Below, in pieces: positions 62,874 to 64,000 of a DNA stretch of 64,000 nt. The notes below the pieces were generated by a model. That model was not told where the DNA came from, ran no database searches, and saw only the letters and a program-made list of their open reading frames with translations. Location of the stretch: the NCBI GenBank assembly GCA_964016885.1, contig OZ024745.1:109926001-109990000 (forward strand), written 5' to 3'. The position numbers and the translations under genes were made by a program. This stretch comes from Eledone cirrhosa (Eukaryota). How positions within the stretch are numbered: the first letter of the stretch is position 1; each line of letters opens with the position of its first letter.

Positions 62874-64000
62874 AACAATTTTTCTTTTATTCTAAATATT
62901 AACTCCAATATAATCATTTCAAGAGAGAGAATGATGTATATATGTATATATATATATGTATTTGTTATATATGTATATATGTATTAAATATATATACATA
63001 CATATATATGTGCATACATATATATACACACATAACATACATACACAATTATTTACATTCTCTCATTAGATAGTTAGGTGCCTAAAGTTTATATTACAAG
63101 CAAGATTTCTCTTTTTTGTTTGCTTATTATATGAGTTGGGTCACTGTTAAACCTTTAGAAACACTTGGAAAAATAAAAGAAATAATAAAAATAAGAAATA
63201 ATCTAAATCTGTTTGTTCTTTTGCTTATCAAAGAATCAAAATACATTTATCGATTTAACAGCCTAAACTCTATTGTAACACGCTTCTTCTAGTCTATGAG
63301 AACAAAACCTGAGCTATGTATGAACTAAAGGCATTCAATGATTTTAATTGTGTCCAAAAAGATATTTCTTTTCGTTTCGTTTTTCATCTTTATATTTATT
63401 TTATTTCATTTACTATTTATTGTTGTTTGGCTTATTTATTACTGGGACACCATCTTTAAAAATTAGGCTCTGAATAAAATAAAGATAGAAACAGGCCTAC
63501 AGCATTCACGTGGAAACAAAATTGTGATCTCTTCACCCTTAAATCATTGCATCCAGCATTCAACAAAAAAAAAGTCACCATTTGATTCAGTATTTGTGAC
63601 AGCATTTTATTACCAGGACAATTTTAAGATGATGAAATCACCGAAAGCAGTGAATTTCTGTTTTATTATTACTGTTTCTCTAAGTCTGTAAGAAAGTAAT
63701 AAAAGCTTACAGATAATCTGGTTGCTCCATCTATTCTGTTAAGTTTGTATTTATTTTATACTTTTATACTAAACATGATATAAGATGTGCCATAGCTAGT
63801 CCTGAAAACTAAAGATAAGGGTTATTTTTAACTTTGGTTTCTCTTATATATTTTTAATGTTTTTGTCACCTTAACTCTTTTAATGCTTCAACTGCAAACA
63901 GTCTGTATAAAAAATAAAAATCTAAAAAAGTAGCAAGTTTTATCAAAATTCATAAGTTATTCTCATATCTACAACCATGACAACACCAATAGCTCAGCTT

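Overview
AT-rich, repeat-saturated eukaryotic non-coding DNA (intergenic or a large intron). No intact host protein-coding gene, rRNA, tRNA or CRISPR array can be supported. The SINE/LINE repertoire and the dense (TA)n, (CA)n and (GAT)n tracts resemble a coleoid cephalopod (Octopus-like) genome; this is an inference from recalled repeat families, not from a search. Nearly all long ORFs in the track are microsatellite artefacts. The real coding remnants are all retroelements: a 2.6-kb APE+RT RTE-clade LINE with a PHD-like finger (37.9-40.6 kb), several shorter RTE fragments, and a Penelope-like RT-thumb/GIY-YIG fragment framed by ~400-bp inverted repeats that carry a hammerhead-ribozyme core (10.2-12.1 kb). 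There are many tRNA-derived SINEs (several with clear TSDs) and TTAA, hAT and Tc1/mariner-type MITEs. The most unusual observations are three. First, at least two unrelated families of 'long hairpin + one-sided ~75-bp tail' elements sit in (TA)n; one family shows compensatory changes between its arms. Second, a 41-bp minisatellite carries 14 perfect TGACGTCA (CRE) sites. Third, a 48-bp LINE/SINE 3'-UTR module repeatedly expands into minisatellites, once with a 96-bp higher-order repeat.
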